DNA of 64,000 nt, taken from positions 992,001 to 1,056,000 of the forward strand of contig CP145419.1 in assembly GCA_036867785.1 (NCBI GenBank), written 5' to 3'. How positions within the stretch are numbered: the first letter of the stretch is position 1; every line of letters starts with the position of its first letter. The translations under genes were made by a program, and so were the position numbers. This DNA comes from Plasmodiophora brassicae (lineage: Eukaryota). Positions 1-12,950 of the stretch are shown one piece after another. Below the pieces are notes generated by a model, which was not told the DNA's origin, did no database searches, and saw only the letters and a program-made list of their open reading frames with translations.

Positions 1-1709
1 GCCTATCGCAACCAGACGGAGAAGGCCGCCCTTCATGTACGGGCTCGGTAACGGCGCCGATGCCGGCTTGCTCAACGGGTCGCACAATAGGCATCGAGAG
101 CATCCGTGATCGGATCGTTGTTGTTCCTTGCCGTCAAGTTCTCACGCGCGTCTCATCGACTACTGCCGCTTCTGATCACGGGGACGGCGATGTCGGTGGC
201 CCAGTTCCTGGCCTTTACGTTGATTCGTCGTCGGCGAATTACGGCACCTCGGTACAAGTCTTCTACATCTGGTGGGTGCTGAAGACAAATGCTGTCTCCA
301 CCGGGACTGACCATCGTCCTAAGGCCTTTCTCGAGGCGTGGGATACGAACAGCTTCCTGATGAGGCGAGCCCGTTCAGCGCTGTTGTCGATGATCTTGGA
401 CCAGCGGCCCAGGACCTTCTCGAAGTCGACAGCCAGTTCATGGAGGTCGTATCGGCTGGATTGCGCGTACCTTTCTCTTTATTGATCAATTCCGTTCAGG
501 TCGACCGCTTGTCGATTCATTATCGCATCCACAGGCATGCATCGAGCTCGCAGGTCATTTGCCTGGTAGGAGCAATGACGCTTTCTGCTGTGTACGGCTG
601 TATTCTGACCGACCTCTGTAGTTGCATGGGTTTGGGGGCGGCGTCTTCGCCTGGCGACAAGTATGGGCGCAATTCTCCGAGATTGCAACCGTTGTCGCGT
701 TCGACAGGCCCGGGTACGTGGCACCCGATGTCTATCTGGGCACTCGAGGTTGACTCGTCGATAGCTTCGGACTCAGTTCACGGCCGTTCGGCAATGATCT
801 CCAAGCGCGGAAAGTGAACCCGTACTCTTTCCAGTATGCGGTCACGTTAACCCAGGCTGTGCTCGCGAACCTGGGCATCGATCGCGCCGTCTTCATTGGG
901 CACTGCACTGGTATGTTCAAGTCAACTGGCGTCGACGTTTTCCACCACTAAGTCTGCGTTGTTCAGGCGCGTCGCTAGCAATGACGCTGGCAATGGAGAG
1001 TCACCCGGGTTTAGTACAAGCGATTGGCCTGGTTTCGTTTACAGAAAGCACGACAATGCCGGCGTTCGTTCGGTATGTGTCCATCCCGAATGGCCCTCTC
1101 GTCCGCGCTGACGTTTGCCCCTTGTAGGTCCATGTTCCGCACGAAGCTCGGGAAAGCTGTCATTATTCAGCTTGTTCGCACTGAGCTTGCTCAGGTACGG
1201 TCCGAGCCGGTCCAACCTGACCTGCTGACTGACTCGACTGTCAGGTCACGCTGCGCCGATCCTGGTACGATCCATCTCGCATCCCCGATGACGTGATTCG
1301 AAATTACAATTCGAGCCTCATCCTTCGACATTGGTCGGAAGCATTGTGTATGCTCGGTCGTTATTTCCAGGGCTCTGCGTGTACTGATTTACGATGTCCT
1401 GTAGCTGAGATGGTTAACGTCGCTGAGCATCACCACTGCATGGACCGTTGCGGTGAAATCAAGTGCCCTGTTGTAATTATCCAAGGGACTGACGACAGAG
1501 TGAGGTTGTTTCGCACGCATCCAAAGGTCTCCATTCAACATGTTCTGTGGCAGCTTTCCTCTTGGGCCGAACAGAAACGGCTGGCGACGTCGTTGCGCGA
1601 ACGTGCCCACGTATCACGGGTCCCTTTCTGTGGGCACAATCCCCAAGAGGAACAACCTGCCGCATTCGTTGACGTTGTCCGCCGGTTTCTCCTTCCTGGC
1701 AATTCATAA
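1..1709 (+). CDS. Alpha/beta-hydrolase fold protein (multi-exon, 5' end probably outside window)
   Basis: Spliced reading gives VAFDRPGFGLSSRP, NPYSFQYAV, nucleophile elbow FIGHCTG (intron 911-967), VIIQGTDDRV and C-terminal CGHNPQEEQPAAFVDVVRRFL. Confidence 0.85.
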
Positions 1710-1915
1710 TAGTAAAACCATTCCTGTCGACGGACGCGACGGTGTGGTCGTTAGTGGGTGGTCGGTTCGATCGAACGGAACCAGCAGACCAGGCGCCAAT
1801 GCTCCAGCTGCAGTCGCACAGCTCGGCCAACTTCCGATCGCTAGGGCGAGTGGGCACTACGAACACAGCAGGTCGTGTATGTACTGATGTGGTGAAGGGT
1901 GCGCGCGCATTGCAA

Positions 1916-2383
1916 TCAGTGCGATGACGATGCCATGGCCTTTCTGCGTTCCTCGACGAGTGGCAGGAACCGACCTTTGCTGTGCAGCGCGTGGACATCG
2001 TCACACCCACCGACGAATTTCCCAAACACTGTAGAAAACGACGTCGTCAGTGTTCAGGAATTCTTTTGATTACGAATGGTGAATATGGCACGAACGGAAT
2101 AGCTGAGGGATCGTACTGCATCCGGATCGCTGCTTGACGGCGTCCAAGACGGCGTCGCCATTCGGGACCTTGTCGACCTCGAAGACCTTGGCCGGGAGGT
2201 TGAGCGTGCTCAGCAGACTCTTCAGCTTCTTACAGTACTGTTGTCGCGATACGTTAGGCATGGCATGTACCCCCCCCCCCCCCCCCCCCCCCCCCCCCGT
2301 ACGCGTACCGGGCAATAGGTACCCGAGATGACGACAATCAGATCGCGGTCGATCGTCGACAGAACATCGTTGGCGGCCGCCAT
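1916..2383 (-). CDS. Dithiol glutaredoxin (CPYC), 3 exons, copy 2
   Basis: MAAANDVLSTIDRDLIVVISGTYCP|YCKKLK...TIPQLF|VFGKFVGGCDD; canonical GT-AG introns. Confidence 0.9.
2270..2298. repeat. C29 homopolymer (G29 on sense strand) inside glutaredoxin intron 1
   Basis: Direct count. Confidence 0.9.
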
Positions 2384-2645
2384 CGACAGCAAACGCGTTA
2401 CGTATACTGGTTTCTGTGACGGATCGGTCCAACGTGTGGGTTAACAAAGCACCCTTTTCCACCCGACCACGTTAGAACCGAAATGCACTGGCTGAACGGG
2501 CGGCAAGATGCTGAATCACCGTTCGTGTCGGCGCCGACACGGTTGGGAAGAGGGGAGGGTATCTATTCGCTGTTTCTGAGGACCATACCCAGACACTTGT
2601 CCTCAGGCGCGACGATGCAAACACTACGTGTGTGTGTGTAGTAAA

Positions 2646-3144
2646 TCAAAGGGTTGCGGTCATCGGGGCTGTCTCCTCGCGTTCGCTTGGCTGCCATGAC
2701 TGGCGGCGCTGGTTGACCAGAACGAGGAACTTGCCCGAATCATGCAGACGATGGACATCGTCGCACCCGCCGACGAACTTGCCGCCCACTGTCCAAAGGC
2801 GACCGATCGTCAGGTACCGACAATGGCGTTGGTCGGGCGGTTCGAGTCCCGTACCGAACAGTTGCGGGACCGTGTTGCACTGCGAGACCTGGGACAGGGC
2901 GTTCTGCATCGCACGCCCGTCCTCGATTGCGTCCAGCTCGACGATACGCGCGTCGAGTTGCAACTTCTGCAGCAGAGCCTTCAGCTTGCTACAGTACTGG
3001 ACAGAGCAAAGCAGACAGATCGGTTAGGGGACCCGATCAGACCAGCTCCCATGCGCTACCACGTACAGGGCAGTACGTCTTCGAGAACATGACGATGAAC
3101 GCGCTCTGGACGATCTGCTGGATATCATCGACGGACGCCACCAT
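2646..3144 (-). CDS. Dithiol glutaredoxin (CPYC), 3 exons, copy 1
   Basis: MVASVDDIQQIVQSAFIVMFSKTYCP|YCSKLK...TVPQLF|VGGKFVGGCDD. Confidence 0.92.
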
Positions 3145-3325
3145 GGCTGGTGGTCGGGCACGCGTCTGGGTGCCTGCCGACGTCGTCCACGCCAACGAAA
3201 TGGGCGTCCCTTCGCCGCGGTGTCCGCACGGCGGCCGCCTCCCACGGCTCGGCTCGGGGTTCCCGTTGTTCCCCGACGGCTGCTATCTCTCATTGCCGCA
3301 ACGTGCGTCGCCTCGCTACTTCGAC

Positions 3326-6300
3326 ATGCTGCTGACCCCACGTCTTCTTCGTGCCAGGAAGGCTGCACGCACTGATGCGGCCAGTTCGTCTTCCAGTCAG
3401 ATTCCACCATCGAACAGCACCAGCCCATCGTCTCCAGTGCCCATCATCGACACTCCTGTCGTCGATCATACGCCAGAGGATTCCGATTCATCTGCTTCTC
3501 GTTCGTCGTATAACTTCCAGGTTACACATGATGCTGAATCCAACCAGCTGTCCACTGTCGATCCGCCCGATGCTGATGAGTGCCTTGCCGAGGTCGAGCA
3601 TGCGCGCCATCTTTGTGTGCTTCCGAGGGCCAATGCCATTGTGACGTCGTCCGTTGCATGGCCTACGAGCGGATAAGTTAACCATAAATGTTCGATGTTT
3701 GGTTGCATGTCCAAGCGCGGTGTTGAAGGCTCGTAGCCCTTCTACTGTAGCCGATATGCTGGCAGTGCAGAGGGCCTGACAAACCCGGGAAAGCGCTTTT
3801 CAACAACGCTGCCAGTTGCCATCAGCATCGGGCGGAAGGGCTTCTCTAAGCCCGGCCGTTCAATGTGTGTACCGAAATGCAATATGGATTAAGGTGGAAG
3901 ACGATGGATATACGACTTCTGTGCGAAGATACGCTAGCTGTACAGCTGTCTATAAAGAACAGCGTCTACTCCAGGCAGGATAGTGCAGCACGTCTCGTCT
4001 GATGTTAATGTAAACGATCTCCTAGGTACCGCTGCTGCTCTTGTTAAGCGGTGCCATCAGTGAGAAGGCCCGAGATGGGTTCGTTTTATAGCGTCCCGCT
4101 GGCCGACCGTGTCCCTGTCCCACGTTCGTTTCCACGTTTCCGCCATCCGTCTTGGTAAGCTGACGCTGTCTTGCTCAGTTTCCGTGCATGATGTGAGAAG
4201 GGCGGCTGCGGTTTCATTGGGTCGAACGTCCCGGTCGGTCATAACACAGACGGAATTCATTGCTGCCTTCAGCGCATTCCAACCGGCGCAGACGTGCGCC
4301 CTCCAGTTCACCCTGATGGACACCGACAGGGACGGACGCAATGATGCCCTGGAGCTCTTCGCTGCTCTTTACATCTGCTGTCGAGGCGGCACCCTCGACA
4401 AGTGTGAAGGTTGCTCTGCTCGTCATTGAACTAAACGTTCGCATCCTAATTCCTCCAATCACCAGGTCTCTTCTCCCTGTACGATTTCGACAACGACGGA
4501 CGACTGTCCCGTGCTGAGGTCATTCTCCTCGTGCGAGGCGCGCTCCGAGGCCTTGCCAAGATCTGCTCAGGTCGCATGCCGCGCCTTCCGTGTATCGAGA
4601 ACACGGTTACACAGGTCGTACACGGGAACTTCGACAGACCTGACGCTCGGGTACTGATCAAGCAGTGATCATTCCGCGCGCAGATGATCGGGTCGGACGA
4701 ACCAGATGCGCATCTGCTCCTACCGAAATTCGCGTCATGGTGCTCCCAATCGGCGTACGTCTTCTGCAGGTTCCATTGTCGCTGTTCCTGACGGTTCTCC
4801 GCGCAGAACCTTCGCTGCGCTGACGAACCCGATTGTGGACCAGCTCGGTGCAAATACACCGCCGGTCGCGACCGTTCAGCAGGTCGTGAGTACCGGGGGC
4901 GCCGGGTCACGATCTCTGGGTCGCATTTCGGGCTGCTGGACCGACGGCCTGAACGGTGGCATCAACTCGACCGATAACCCGCAGTTCCTGCTCCGGCTTC
5001 GGGTGCCGAAAGCGAAATCGCGGCTGGTGCCATGCACGATCATCCTCCAGCGAGTGGACGACGGTCCCCAGGCGCACCCATTGTACCTGTATGTGTTCAA
5101 GCGGGCGACGGGGTCAAGTCGATGCCCAGCAGGCATCACGCACCGGATGGTGGAATCGACTGGCCACCAGCTCGTTGAGGTCACTCAAGCGAGTCAGACA
5201 CGGGTGGCCGTCGTCAACGCAAAGCTGATGGGGGCCCCTGAATCCTATATCGTCATGCCGTGCCTACAGACGCCTGCCGTAAACGGCGCCTTCACCATCA
5301 GCGTCAAGACCAGCGCCTTAGTCCGCGCCGACATCACCCAGTTGCCAATCGTTCAAGTCCGGTATACTGGTGCCTGGTCAAGCGCCGCCACAGGCAAATG
5401 TCACGTCCTGCTACGTCTCCCACCCTTTCAACTCGCTAAGGTCGCTCTTATCGACCGCAACACCGAAGACGATCAGCAGGACGACAGTAATAGCGCGATA
5501 CGTTGCACATCTGTCAACACCAAATCCCAGGTCATCATCCGATCTGATCCGGTCAATCATTCCCAGGTCAGATGACAGAAACCCCCCAGTTATCGCTCGT
5601 AACGTCGTCCGGCAGGTGATGATTGATAACCGTTCCGGGGCGACTGACCAGGAGCTGTGGGTCCACCCAACCGCAAGTGCACGGAAGACGTCAGGCGCCT
5701 TCGACATCGTCGTTACGGCGTCGAACGATGTGAAAGGAAGGGCAACGCTGACTCCGGTGGCTGTCACGACGGTGGTTGGCGCCTGGGCCGCAGGGCACCC
5801 GTCGCAGATCCCGCAGATCCTGTTAAGGTTCCTATCGCCGCAGACCGGCCTGGCCCGCGTGCAGATCGCCCTGCACCGTACCGATGGGGGTCCCAAAGTC
5901 GGCATCGTCGTCTGCGTCTATCAAGTCACCGATCCGCTCACGATGGTACGCCTTCCCGCTGCACCTCTGTTCCAATCCCGATGTCCGTACAATGTGACGA
6001 ATGCCCAAACCGCACTAAGCCCCGTCTCGTAGATGCGGTGACTGACTCGGTTACGTTCGTGGTGACGCTGCCGACGACGCCATTGTTCGTCATCATGCCG
6101 CTCCTGGAGCGCTCAGACGTCAGCGGAACGTTCACGCTTGCGGTGCAGAAGCGGAATTTGAGGGTCGACGGCACCGTTGACGACATCGAGATTATCGACC
6201 CGTCTGCGTGCGTGACGATGCTTTCCTGTCGGTTATGAGGTTTCTGAGACACCTGAGCGCAGGTTGTCGACGACGGGGCTCCAGCTGCAAACGTTACCGT

Positions 6301-8301
6301 CGCCGTCGATGACGCGTCTTCGTGGGCGGTGGGACGCTGCCCAGGTCAGCCCGTGCCATGTCGACCACCCGCAGTTTCTGTTGAAGAGCAAGACGCCGAC
6401 CATGGTGCACATTGAGGTGGTCGCTGACACCGACCCCAACCATCCCGCTGATGGCCCGCACTTGTTCGTCTACCGGGGCCTGCAACGCGACGCTCGAAGG
6501 AAGTCACTGAATGACGTCGACCTGGTCGAGTCGTCGTCGCCGACCTCGTCGCGGACGTCTCTGACGCTTCGATACGAACCGCAAGACGTGTCGTCGTTTG
6601 TCATCGTCGTGGGGCGACGACGCCCAGGCCGCTTCGTGATCTGCGTCACCGCCAGCTGCGAAACAGTGTCGCTCACCGCTTTACCGCCTGCGCCCGCCAT
6701 CGTCCCCGTCGAGGGCCCTGGCAATGAACCGTCGGCGCCATCGACCTCCTACGCCGACGCCGTCAAGCGCTGCGAACGCGACGAGGCCGCCTTCGTCGAC
6801 GCCGCATTCCCACCGGGCCGGGCGGCCATCGGCGGCCCGGACCGGTTCGCCAGCTCCGTCCGCGGCTGGATGCGGATCGGCGACGTCTGCGACAGGTACG
6901 CCCTCGAATGGCCTATGTCCGGCAGTGCAGTCACGGCGTTTGTTGCTGCGCAGCCCGCGCCTGTCCGCCGACGGGGTTGCGTTCGAGGACATCCAGCTTC
7001 ACTGCCGGGACCTGTCGTTCCTCGTCCAGGCGTTGTCGGCGCTCGGCGTTCGCGCCGGTCGACTTGTCCGCCGCGCGTTCACCCCGGCGTCGTCGTCTGC
7101 ATCACCATGGGGTGTCTACAGCGTTCGCCTGCACGACTACCAGCGCCGGCACCCGGTCGACGTCGTCGTCGACGATTACATCCCGGTGGACGACATGCAC
7201 CGCCCATGTTTCGTTCGATGTTGCGACCCGAACCTGGTCTGGATCCTGCTGCTGGTGAAAGCGTTCGCAAAGATGCACGGGTCGTACTACGCGTTGTCGA
7301 CCGCCTCCAGGAACGACGACGCGGTTCCGATGGCGGTATACGCGCTGACAGGGGAAGCACCCGCCACGGTCACATTAGGGCTATCGGACGTTGACGACGA
7401 TCGTGTATGGCCCGCCGTGTACGATGCGACTCACGACGGCGGTGTTTGCGTCTGTTGTGTGCCGAGGCCTCCCTGGGAGCTGACCGAGCAGGGCATCCCG
7501 TTGCCCTGGCATCAGGGGTACGCCCTGGTGGACACGGTCCAATCGGGATCAGTCCGGTTGGGTGTTGTCCGACGCACCTGGGGCAGGCATGAACCATTCG
7601 AGGGGCGCTGGGCGCTCGGTTCGGACGCTTGGAACACGTCAGGCGACTCGAAGGCGTTTGCTGCTGACGAGATCGATCCGGTGTCGTTTTTCGTAGACCT
7701 CACCGAGCTCAGGAGAATGTTCTCCAGCGTTGTCCTATGCCCGATTCCACACGACATCAGTGGCCCGTTCGTGTACGAAACGATGCAAACGGGCGTGTTC
7801 CACGAAACGTTATCGGAGGGCACGGGACGCACCGGGAACCCTCAGTTCCTGTTCGCCGCTCGCCACGGCTCTGTCGCCATCTCGTTAAGGGTGCCGTTCG
7901 TTGAACTGCGCCACCGGCACCGGTTGTCGCTGACGTTGTGCCGCGTAACGTCCAAGACGCCGTTGCCGTTGAGCAAGATCGCCCCGGGGCAGGTCGTGGC
8001 ATGCTCCGCGGAACCTGTACCGGGCAGAGCGTCAACCACCAATCGCGACGGGGCACGTCTGGAAGTAACCCTACCGGTTCGGCGCAGTCACCGCCCGATT
8101 CTGTACGTCGTCATTGTCGGGTACGGCAGTTCCGGTGCCGAAGCGCCGTTCACGATCACAATGCAGTCGACGGAGCGGACGTTCTTGTCCAGGGTCGCCC
8201 ATGTTGACCAGAGGGCTTGCGATGACGTCCTTTCCAGATGCCTAGCGGACCCGTTGATCGTACCCGAACCTGAGAAACTGGCAACCTCAGCGCAGCGATA
8301 A
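3326..8301 (+). CDS. EF-hand + repeated calpain domain-III + degenerate CysPc (calpain-like) protein, multi-exon; 5' part uncertain
   Basis: EF-hands DTDRDGRNDALE and DFDNDGRLSRAE; repeated G.W...NPQF/HPQF/IPQI domain-III motifs; FVDAAFPP, VVVDDYIP, WILLLVKAFAKMHGSY; intron 6896-6953 joins the two long ORFs. Confidence 0.75.
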
Positions 8302-8491
8302 AATCGAAAAGCTGTACAACAGCGTCAGTAGAGAGTGGGAGACAGCCAAGAGCAAACGTGTACAAGTGTCCGAATCGGGCAAGGCGTGATTGACAGGTCG
8401 CTCGCCGTGACCACGCGGCTATAACTGGAATTGCAGCAAACGTGTTGCCTCTGCGGGGACCCCCGCGCTCGTTTACTGCATAGAATTGCCA

Positions 8492-11298
8492 TCACGTCGG
8501 GCCCATCAACTGGGACTTGCCCAGCTTGACGGTAACAGTGTCGGGGATCTCCACCAGGCGGTAGTGCATGTCGTGGTCCTCGACATAGAATCTGGGACAC
8601 ACGTCAGGGCGCAACGCGCTAGTGACGCATGCATTGCAGCAGACCTTTCTGCAAAGTGGTATGGTAGATCATTCTGCGTCTTTCTCTTGAACACGTTCAT
8701 CAAATGATACACGATCTGGAAACGGCGACATTGAGGCATATACTATTGCAACCCGACGAGATCGTTGTACCTCAAGCCGTTTCGAAGAAACGATGAAAAT
8801 GTCTACGACAAACAGCGTTTAAATCTGTTGCGCCCTTCGAGGAACCAGAGGCCTACCTTCCTCGTTACGGTGGTGGATCACAAAATGGTCCCCACATCGA
8901 CGAGACATGGTAACCTTGTCGATATCCTCGATCTTCATTATTCGCCTGGATTCCCAGCCCTTCGGCATCAACAGGTAGATGGCGTTGTTGGCAATCAGAA
9001 GAACGCGCTTCTCCCGGAAATTCCGATGGTTGATCTTCTCGATGCGATCGGAAAATAGGACTGTGGTAAACCATGAGTTGTCAGTGTTGTAGCGGATGAC
9101 CAGTAGTTGTACCCCTTTCATCTCCTTGAGAGAACATGATGTGGAGAACGGAAGGAGCGTCTTCTAGCCTCAAATAATCGCCCTGGAAAGCATCCGCACA
9201 CATCCGGTTGAACGGTGCCAGGTCGACATGCGGTTCCTAAGAAACGTTTAACCATCACATCTTACACGAACCGAATACCTCGTACAGCTGCTTTGCCGTT
9301 CCCGTTATTGACAACCATGAGCTGCATCTGAAGGGCGGTAATCTCATCACTGGACCGCCGCTTGTCTGACTCCAATGTCGCCGTTAGCCGGCGCTCCATC
9401 TCGACGTGGTCGACCTTGAGTCGGTCCAGTTGATTTTGCAGGTTGGAATTGATAACGTCCTTCTCGTCGATAACATTCTTCAAAGCGGTGATGTCCGCAA
9501 CGGATTGATTCCGCACAGACGTGATTTCCAGACCATGCAAGCGATTGCACCGCTCTAACGCAGTCGACATCCTACACGGATGGATTAAAGACGGTCAGGT
9601 TCAGAGAACAAAAACAGACATTACGTGTCTAGTGATACTTGGAGTTCTTTCCTGACCTGGTGCTCCTTGCGAAATTTGCTAAGGTAGTATTTTGCAAGTA
9701 CCTGTACGAAATCAGATACGGCAGCTCCAAACTCATGGCAGACATGCGACCAACCTTCGAAACCACACTGTGCAATGGCTCAACTGGGACGGACACAGTT
9801 TCCACTTTCACAATAGGAGTCGAATTGGCCCTAGCAGCGGCGATTAGATCGGCTTCGTTCTGTTTGGATCTAGCATCACATGGTTATTATTGCAAACACG
9901 TCGAAACGCGCGGAAGACCTACAGGGACAGGGCGGTCTTCATCTCCTCTAGACGACGCTGTGCATCAGCAAGGTCGTCGATCAGCTCCTTTTCGCGTTTA
10001 GCAAGCCTCTTCTCGCCTCGTTCGTGTCGCTTCACATTATCTTCCAAACTGGGTAACGAATATGTTCAGACACAACACTGTTGCAGAAACTCTGTGTGCG
10101 TACGCATTACCGTCGAATAATGTCATCCTGGTGTTTTCGTTCACGACTCACATCGCTTTCAGTTGCACGTAATCGTGCGATTTCATTTTCGAGTTCGATT
10201 CTGGACTATCGACTCAGTGAGCAAACACGTTGCGAAAAGAGCGTCAAATTGGATAGTACCTTCCGCAGGTCATCCGTGTCCTGACGCGACGCAGTGATTT
10301 CGTCGCAGAGCACCTTGATACGGTCTGCATTTGTCGAGTAAGACACCAGTGATAAACAAGGTCGCGTTAATCGCACCATCTTACTTTCTAACGACTTTTT
10401 CTCTTGCGACCATTGCTTTGTCAGGTGGTCGATTTCCTTCTCGAGCTCGGTAATGCGGTTGTTGTCGACAACAACACGGGGACCGGGCGACGGCGATGGC
10501 GGCGGTGGCGTCACATCGACTGTGGTTCGGCCGAACTTTCGACTGCACAGGCATTCCCCAATGTAGTCCAACTTATCCAGCATCGCCTGAAAGCCGTGCC
10601 GATCCTCTACCGCCGAAGGGTTGATGGGAGCGTCAATTCAATATTGCAGAGGGCGTACCATAACGTAACCGTTCCAGAAGCTCTTCGGCGCGTAATTCTC
10701 GACGAAGTTCCGCCTCCAGACGCCGTTCCAGTAGGTCGGTGCGCTCCACCAGGATATCCATGGCACCAGAGCGGCCTTTCGAACGAATCGTCACCTTCCT
10801 GCGTCTCGGTTCCGCGCTTTTCGCCCGGCGAACTTGCCGCGACCGAGGTGGGTCATTCGGAACACCCGGAGTGTGGTACTGCCGGCCATGGATCTTCTCG
10901 GTATGGAAGAACGGCCGGCAGTACTGTGACCCGGGAATGTGCTCGAAAAGCCGCGCTGACGGCGATGGGGATCGCGACCTTCGCGCCGTGACCGTCGTTG
11001 TGGTCGTGATGGTGGAGTTCATCGCATGGCGAATCCGTTGAATGCGATCAACCAGGTCCTGACGGGTGACGCGGACAGCGGAGACGCCCCCGCGTGTCAC
11101 CTGCTCGAATGCGGCCCGAAGCAACGCGTATAAATCCTTGACGTCGTTCAGCACCGCCCGCGGGACGTCGTCGCGATGCGCATCGATGGACAGTTCATCA
11201 AGCGCCGCGATCAGGTCCCGTAGCTGGCCGAGCTTGACGCCGGCAGCGTCGTCGACGCCGCCGTACATAAGGTCCTGCGACGCCGCCGACGTCGACAT
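8492..11298 (-). CDS. Coiled-coil protein with C-terminal myosin-I TH1-like domain, multi-exon
   Basis: FQGDYL, VLFSDRIEKINHRNFREKRVLLIANNAIYLL, DHFVIH, DIFIVSSKRLEIV after splicing; upstream exons are heptad-rich. Confidence 0.7.
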
Positions 11299-11648
11299 TC
11301 GCTGTCGACGATGTCGATCCCCCACCTCTCCCTGGATCGCGAACCCGTACCATCGCGTACGGCGATCCCGACGACGACCCGCAGCGCAACCGACATTTAC
11401 CCAAATGGCACGCGACAGCGGTGAACTGCACCGCCAAGACTGCACGCTGCGGTTCAGTCGTGAGGTATTTTTTGGTTCTTGGGGAAGGCCGAAGGCGGCT
11501 CCCTTTTGGGTTGTTCGCAGCAAGCCCGACAGTGTACCTGAGGGGCCCTAATCTATTTCTGGCACCCCCCCCCGTTCGGCCCCCCTGTGGAAGGGCGGCC
11601 AGTGCGGCAGAACTGAGCTGTTGCTGTACGTCGACGTCGTGCCGGACG

Positions 11649-12770
11649 ATGGCGATCGCGCTCCCGGTGGTGCTGGGCCTGGTCTGGATGGCGCACGGGG
11701 CTATGATGATGCGGGGCACCGTACGGTTCTTTGAAATGGGGAGGGGCTACGGGTTTATTGCTCCGCATGACCCCGGGCCAACGCGTGGCCGCGACGTGTT
11801 CGTATCGTACTCTTCGATCGTGTCCACCGCCCGATTTCGATTCCTTCTGGCGGACCAACGGGTCCAGTTCGAGCTCGTTCTATCTGACTCTCGTGCGAAC
11901 AGGTACCGTGCTGGGAACGTTACCAGTATCGGTGGCGGGCCGATCGATTATCATGCATGGACGAGCCGTAACATCACCGTCGGAACTGTCGTCGCGTTCA
12001 GCAAAGAACAAGGACTGGGCATTGTTGCCACCGTCGACAAGCCAATGTTTTGGGTCATCGTGCCCAGCATCGATGCGATTGTCGATCCCGGCCCGTCTTC
12101 CCTGACCGCCGGCGAACCCGTCACGTTCGAAATCGTCCGAAACCAGATTGGCAGCATGGTTGCCGAGCGTGTCGCAAGACTTGGCCTTCCTGCTAATTGC
12201 TCAAGTCGCATCGTGAGGTCCAACGCCTCCAGTACTGACAAGGAATTCCGACCCGGAACGACAAATGGATCCTGGCATCGCCCTACATCAGACGGCATGT
12301 CGTGGGACGGACTACAGACGGGGGTTGTTGTTCTGTTCAGTCCTGTGCTTAAATGCGGGCTGATTCGCCTTGCTCAAGATCCTTCCCAGATGCTAATCGG
12401 TCGCACCCGATCATCGGTCCGTCGAAGTCGTACGGCGCTTCTTGTCGGTGAGACGGTCGAGTTCGAGATCAAACAAGATGACAAGGGACGCGTGTTCGCC
12501 CATCGAGTTACGCGGCCCCTCGGAACGCGTCTCCCGGACACTCCTGCCTCTAACCGGATGCCGTCCATCAGCGGGGCCGACTCGAGACTATCGCAGAGTA
12601 CAGCCAGGCCAAATGATCGGTCGTCGCGCCGAACCAGTACTGCCCGACCCGGGTATTATTCATCACTTCGTGGTCCGGATCATCAGCATGGGACACTCGT
12701 TCTCGTCTACTCTCCGGTGCTCGCTGTGTATCCTGTATACTCACCTTGTTGGGCCTACTATGGCCACTAA
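11649..12770 (+). CDS. Signal-peptide protein with three cold-shock (CSD/OB) domains, intronless
   Basis: MAIALPVVLGLVWMAHGA then GTVRFFEMGRGYGFI...DVFVSYSSI...VQFEL; two further degenerate CSDs (VGTVVAFSKEQGLGIV, TGVVVLFSPVLKCGLI...GETVEFEI). Confidence 0.85.
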   Translation: MAIALPVVLGLVWMAHGAMMMRGTVRFFEMGRGYGFIAPHDPGPTRGRDVFVSYSSIVSTARFRFLLADQRVQFELVLSDSRANRYRAGNVTSIGGGPIDYHAWTSRNITVGTVVAFSKEQGLGIVATVDKPMFWVIVPSIDAIVDPGPSSLTAGEPVTFEIVRNQIGSMVAERVARLGLPANCSSRIVRSNASSTDKEFRPGTTNGSWHRPTSDGMSWDGLQTGVVVLFSPVLKCGLIRLAQDPSQMLIGRTRSSVRRSRTALLVGETVEFEIKQDDKGRVFAHRVTRPLGTRLPDTPASNRMPSISGADSRLSQSTARPNDRSSRRTSTARPGYYSSLRGPDHQHGTLVLVYSPVLAVYPVYSPCWAYYGH

Positions 12771-12950
12771 CCAACGACGATCGTTCAGCCGGGTTCGCGT
12801 TTCTACAGAATATATACACGATTAGTAGTATCTCTCTGTTTCTGCGACCACAGACGGAAGGCGCAGGCGCCCGTTGAGTGGTCAGCCGTTGACATTCATT
12901 CCGTGTATTCGTCCTACGGCCAGCGTCTCATAGAAACCATCCGATACGTG

